In this document: one piece after another, positions 40,601 to 46,600 of the stretch | Position numbering within the stretch: the stretch's first letter is position 1 | How the letters are laid out: the number at the start of each line of letters is the position of its first letter | From: a virus | Lineage: Duplodnaviria > Caudoviricetes | Reading direction: 5' to 3' (one strand) | Virus record (IMG/VR): IMGVR_UViG_3300028833_000075 | Coordinates: 32,001 to 96,000 of that record | Length of the DNA: 64,000 bases | Notes under the pieces: generated by a model | Databases searched by the model: none | Seen by the model: only the letters and a program-made list of their open reading frames with translations | What the model was told of the DNA's origin: nothing | Translations under genes and position numbers: made by a program

Positions 40601-43600
40601 TCCGGTATTCATAGCAACAGTAATCAATTTAGTTGCGGCGTTTACATCAGTGCCGGAAACTTTAGAGAACTTGGTAATAACATCCAGTCGTTCATCAACT
40701 TCTTCGTCGCTTAAGCCTTGACGATAAAGAGTTTCGGCAGATTTTGTTATCTCGCCAATAGAAACTTTTAACTCTTTTGCTTTTGCGATTAATCCGTCTC
40801 CCAATGTTGACATTTGCGAATCAGATTTTAAGGTAATCATCTGAATCGATGTCATAGACTTGTCGAATTCTTGAACAAAGCGTTTTGCTTCATTAATCGC
40901 TTTCATAAAAATCTGGCGACCAAGTCTTTGCATGACGCGAGATAATCCAGTATTAATTTTACTGAGTCCCGCAGACATAATAGACGATGCGCCGCCAAAC
41001 TTATTCATCTCGTTAGTTGTATCTTGTATTGCGCTTTTATAACCTGCGATCTTTGTTTCAGATTCTTTAATCTGTCCAGCTAATTGTGCTCCTTCTTTAC
41101 TTTTTTGCTGTTCAGGTGAGAGTTTATTAAAATCTTCACGATAGCGCTGAAGTTTTTCTTCTTCCGCTGTTTTATTTAGATTAAGGGACGCTATCTGCTG
41201 TCCGAGACTAAACCTTTGATCTGCATCGCTTCTAAGTTTGTTGATCAACATAGAGCCGGGTTGACCATATCTATTTCTCCGCCTAACGGCAGCAGCATGT
41301 TCTCTTTGCTGATGAGCAAGATCGTTTTGCGTTTCCATGCGACCAATTTGTTGGTTTTGTATATCAATCGCTCGATTTTGATTAAACATCATGTTTTCGG
41401 CGATTTCATCTTTTCTTCCTGCCCAATCACCATTATAGTATCCATTTAATCTATCATACATATCCTGCATGAATGGCTGTTCAAACGTTCCATCTGGCTG
41501 TTTATATTGCTCTAAAGCCTTCATTTGATTGAATACTTCGAGCCGTTCCTGATCTGCTTGAAGCTGAGCGCCGATTTGCATACGTGCAGTAGGTGTTTCT
41601 ATTTTTGTGAGAGCTTGTTCAATTTCAGATTTTCCAATCTCGGAAACACTTTCTTGCACAGCAGATGAAATAGGTTGAGCATCTGGAGTCTCAGCGGAAG
41701 CTGGAATTTCTGTTCTTACTTGGTCTGCGGTTGCCTGAATAGCCTGTCTTGTACCTTCTGTGATAGCTTCCCCGATTTTTCCTGCATTAGTTGATTGAGG
41801 AACTGGTATTTGTACAGGAGGAATATTCTCTGCAGCCGCAAGACTTGCATCTCTCTCTTTACTTGCAGCAGCCATTCCTTGTTCGTATGTGCTTAATATA
41901 TTTGAACGTTCTGTAGCAAGAGTCTCTTGCTGTTTAGTTAAATCTGCAACTCTTTGTTCTGCGTCTTGAATCTTTTGAGCTCTGTCTCCAGATTGGGATT
42001 TATATGCATCTTCTAATTTTCTTTCAGCAGCAGCTTTTTGGACTTCAATCGCTTCGCGCTGCTCTTGGTTTTTAGCAAGGACCGCGTCTCTGTCCTTTTC
42101 TACATCGTTTATTTCCTTGTTGATTGCGGCTGTTTGTTCTTTTGCAATTATTTCTTTGTTTTCTTTTATCTGAGTATTATATTTATTATTTGCTTCATCG
42201 TTTGCTTTATCTCGATCTTTTTCTGCTTTCTGTAGAGATTCTTTAATCCTTGTTTCTTCTTCTTCTGTAGATTTTATGTTTGTGTCATGTATTTTGCGGA
42301 TGTTTTCTTTTTGCCTTTCAAAATTTTCCGTTCTGTCTGGACTTGAATATTCAGATTTTATTGTTCGTTCCTTTTCGTACAAAGAACTTTCTCTTTTTTC
42401 GTATCTCTCTTTTTCTTCTTCATATGCCTTAGTTTTTAATTCGTTTTCAGTTTCTATTCTTTGTCTGTATTTTTCATCTGCATATGCTATATCCTTACCG
42501 TGATCTCTATTTGCGGCTTCTATTCTCCTTTGTTTTTCATATTTATCGTAACCTGTATAATCATCATTTTCTATTCTAGCAAGTTTTTCTTCGAGAGATA
42601 AATCGGCAGCAGTATAAGCTTTTTCTCTTCGTTCTTTATATGTTTCTAACGCATTATTATAATTATCTTCGATTTGTTTCTCGTTTTCTATATTTTTTCT
42701 ATCATTATCTTTCCGTTGAGCTTCAATGTCAGCTAAAGCATCATTTAATCCCTTTGTTTCTTCGCTTTCTATCATTGATAAAGCTTGTTGTTTCGACGAT
42801 TCTTCTTGAGCTTTATAATTATTTATTTCAGTTAATCTATCTTTTAATGGTTTAATTGTTTCTTCGTATTTTGCATTGTTTTCTGCAATAGATTTATCTC
42901 TTATCGCTTCAGCTTTTTTATTGGCTTGTTCAAGCTCTGGGCTAGTTTCTGCCTTTTCTTTTTCTTTAATCCCGTTGAGTTTCTTTTGTGCATTTTCTTT
43001 AATTTCTTGATCAGATTGTTGTAAAGCTTTGAGTTGATCATCAAATGTTGTCGGCAACGTCCCTTTTTCAGCAGCAGGTAAAGCTCTAAGCTCATCTAAA
43101 CTTTTCTGCGCAGCGGCAAGATTCGTTGCAACTTCAGCCTCTTTTGGAGTAAGCTCACTAAGCTGGGAATCCCTGCTTGCTTGAAGTGCTGCAGCTTTTG
43201 CGTCGTATGAAGTTTGAGCTTTTGCTTTTGCTTCTTGGATAGACACTTGCCTGTCTGCTTCAGCTTTTTCTTGAGCTGCTTTAGCTTCTTCAGCTCTCTT
43301 TTGTTCCGCCTCTAAAGCGGCCTGTCGTTCTGCTTCGGCTTTTTCTTGAGCGATTCTGGCTTCTTCAGCTTTTCTTTGTTCTTCTTCCAGTCTCTGTTGT
43401 TCAGCAAGACGTGCTTGTTCTTCTTCCTGTAAACGTTCTTCTTCTGTTTTCTGCGGAGGAAGTTGTTGAGAGGGAAGGGGAGTAGTAGCAGGAACGCCAA
43501 GAGCTTTAGATGTGCTAAGACGATCGATAAGTGCCTGTGCGTTCATCGCGACTTTAGACCTTGAAACTAAACTTTCTTGTTTTAATTCTGTTCTATAATC

Positions 43601-46600
43601 TTCTTCGGTTGCTGAATTAAGCATTTCAGTTAATCGGTTGTAGTCATCTTCTTTTATAATGTCGTTTTGATGCAGATTTTCTAATGAGGTTAAAATCTGT
43701 TCTCTCTGTTGATTGAAGGCGGCAACTCTTAAAGATATTTTTTGATCAATTGGCGCATTTTTTCCCATTGAGGATACGAGAATTTTTTCAACATCCATTT
43801 GCATGGATTTTGTTGCATCTTCAGAAAGTATTTTCTCATAACTTTCTTTCATCTCTTCGCTTGCTTGAAGTTGTTGCTCAGCTTCTTTTAATGCCTTTTC
43901 GTCTTCTGGTGTTTTATTTTCTTTGTTATACAAAAGATTGTATGCAGCTTGCGCACGTTCAAAATCTTCATCAATTGATTTTCGTTCATTTAAAATACGT
44001 TTAGCACTGCTTGTTGTATTATGTGTATATATTTTCTCAGCAATGCTTTCGGAAAAGTTTGCAAGATCTCCTGTCGCTCCAGCTCGAAGTGTTTTTTCAA
44101 ACTGTTCGCGGCCTGTGTTAAAACTAGTTTGAAATAGTGCAATTTCATCAGGCGAAGCATTACGGTTGCGCATCCTTGTTGTAACATCCATATATCCTTC
44201 AGGAGAATACATATATGCATAATTATCCCACTGAGACCTGCTTGGTCTTGTTTTATCATATCCTAACTCTCTTGAACGAAGTTTGTTTTGTATCGCCTCG
44301 TAACGTTCAATTTGCTCATCAATGTAATTTCTATTGGAAAATGCGCTTGTTAATTCTCCGGTATTTTGTACTCCTACATTAACCCCGTTCGGTATTGGTG
44401 CACCGGCTGCAGTAGCGGCCTGTGTGATAAACTCCGAAGACAACGGGCCACCAGAAGGCATTTGACGAACAGATCCACGGACAACATTTGGAAGTAAATA
44501 AGGATCGAAATATCCATTAAGAATTTCTCCTAATATGTCTTTTTTCCCAGCCAAAGGTATTATTGCACTGCTAATTTTTGCCATTCGGTCTTCAACCGAT
44601 GAAACGAGTTCTGGTGTTACTTCTATTGATTGAGTTTCCAATTTTCCGCCTTTATAAGAAATAATTCCAGCTCTTTGTGCGCCATTGGCACCTGCATAAA
44701 CAACAGGCTGATCAAATTTGTGGACGCCGATCAACGAAGAGTCGTGATCGAATCCATTCTTTAAGTCCCAGTTCGTTCGAACACCATTTGCATCTTCCGA
44801 AACAACATCGACATAGCCAATGGTTTTTAATCGATTTCCGTTTTGGTCCGTTCCAAAATTTGGATGCACAACTCCGCCATTCTTTTCCGTTCCTACAATC
44901 TTTTGGTCTCTAAGTAAATTCGGGAATTGCTTTGCCGCTTCAACAATTTCTTTATACCGTGTTTTTACTTTTTCGTCATACAAAGGACTATCTTCTGTTG
45001 GAAGTTCAGGGAATAATTTCTGACGAGTATCTGGATCCTGCCAATTCTTCAGATAATTATTTACATAATCGACCATTTCTTCAGGAGTTCCATAATCCTC
45101 ATTATTCTCCATTCTTCTTTTTGCCCAATATGATTGAGTTTCATGAAGAGCTGTACCGAGTAATTGAATAGGTGTTGTAGGTTTTTGCTCGTTTTCTATA
45201 TATTTTTTATACCAATTAAGCGGACCTGCTGTTTCTTTTTCTATAGAATGAAGCTGCGACCATGAAAAATTCCTGCTAAGTAAATTTTGAATTTGTTCCG
45301 ATGTGACTGCTTTTTCAGCGCTTGCTTTTTGTGCAGCCAACAAAGCTTCATCTCCGCCTGAAATAGCGTTCATTCTTGCTTTAATTGCATCTTGTTCTGC
45401 ATTAAAACTTTGATCAAATAAGCTTGTTTCTCCTGTAACTCTACCTTTAGCTAAGCCAGAAAACGGAATAAATCCTTCTCCTCTTAATTTTGCTTGTTCT
45501 GTTAATCCAAATTCTTTTAAATGACGCATCCGTCCGCGTTGAAATTGCACATCATGTAATTGATCCATCCAAGAATTTATTTTATCTTTATTTCCGGGTT
45601 CTGTTATTTTTGTTTTTTGAAGTTCCGTATTAACAAGCGTTTCCCAATTTGCCAGATAACCAAGCATTTCATCTTCGTCTTTTTGAGACACAAACTGAGC
45701 GCGGTTTGATACAAATTGAGCCATTACTTCATTGTTTTTTCTTAAATATTTTGCTTTGGCTAAATCTACAGGGTTTTCAGAGTTTTCTAAATTTTTTATT
45801 CCTTGTAAGTGTTCTTGCATTTGGATGAATTGATTAATAATATTATCGCTATAAGGATTATCCATACCTGCAGCAATAGCACTTGTCGTTAAATTCGAAT
45901 ATCTTGATGGGAAGTTGACTTGAGAAAAATCTTTAACCTTTGAAAAATCTCCTTCTTCTATAGCTCCTTGCAGGTTTTTAAACATACGAACATAAGGAGT
46001 TCCCATTTTTCTGGCTTGATTTGCAGAATGTGACCATTTTGCAAGAATTCCTGTCTTAGCAAAAGTTGTGTCGATATCATACATTGCCCGAAGATCAACG
46101 CCTGCTTGTTGTGCAAAGCGAGCCCACTCCGGATCACTCCAATTTCCCTGGGCTAAAGCATCGTTAGCGTTAGAGACGGCCGCCATATCGAAAACAGAAG
46201 CAGCTTTTCTATATAGAATGTCGGCATAATCAGAAGCTTGTACTTTTCTGGCTTTTCCGTTTTCTGTAAGTGGGATATCGTCGTCACTTTTAACGGACGT
46301 ATTTAGTTTTTCAATATTTTTTCCTCTTGATTCATACGTGCGCTTTACGGTTTCGGCTAACTTTTTTCTAACAGCTTGAATTGTATCTCCGTCAACATCT
46401 CCACCGCCCATCTTTTTTATCGTATTCATGTTGACTATCATTGCATCTCGGCTCATTTGATATTTATCAAGCGCATCAATATACTCTTTTGAATTAAGTA
46501 ATTCAAACTGTTCTCCGAGATTATTAGGATATCTCCATCCGCCAAGTTCAAGTGTATCTGCCCATGAAGCTAAAGCGACTGCATCTGCGTCGCCTTTTCC

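Noticed and set aside
44600-45280. cas4 gene / CRISPR adaptation module
   Set aside because: The domain lacks the Fe-S cysteines, is embedded in the TMP, and has no cas neighbours or array.
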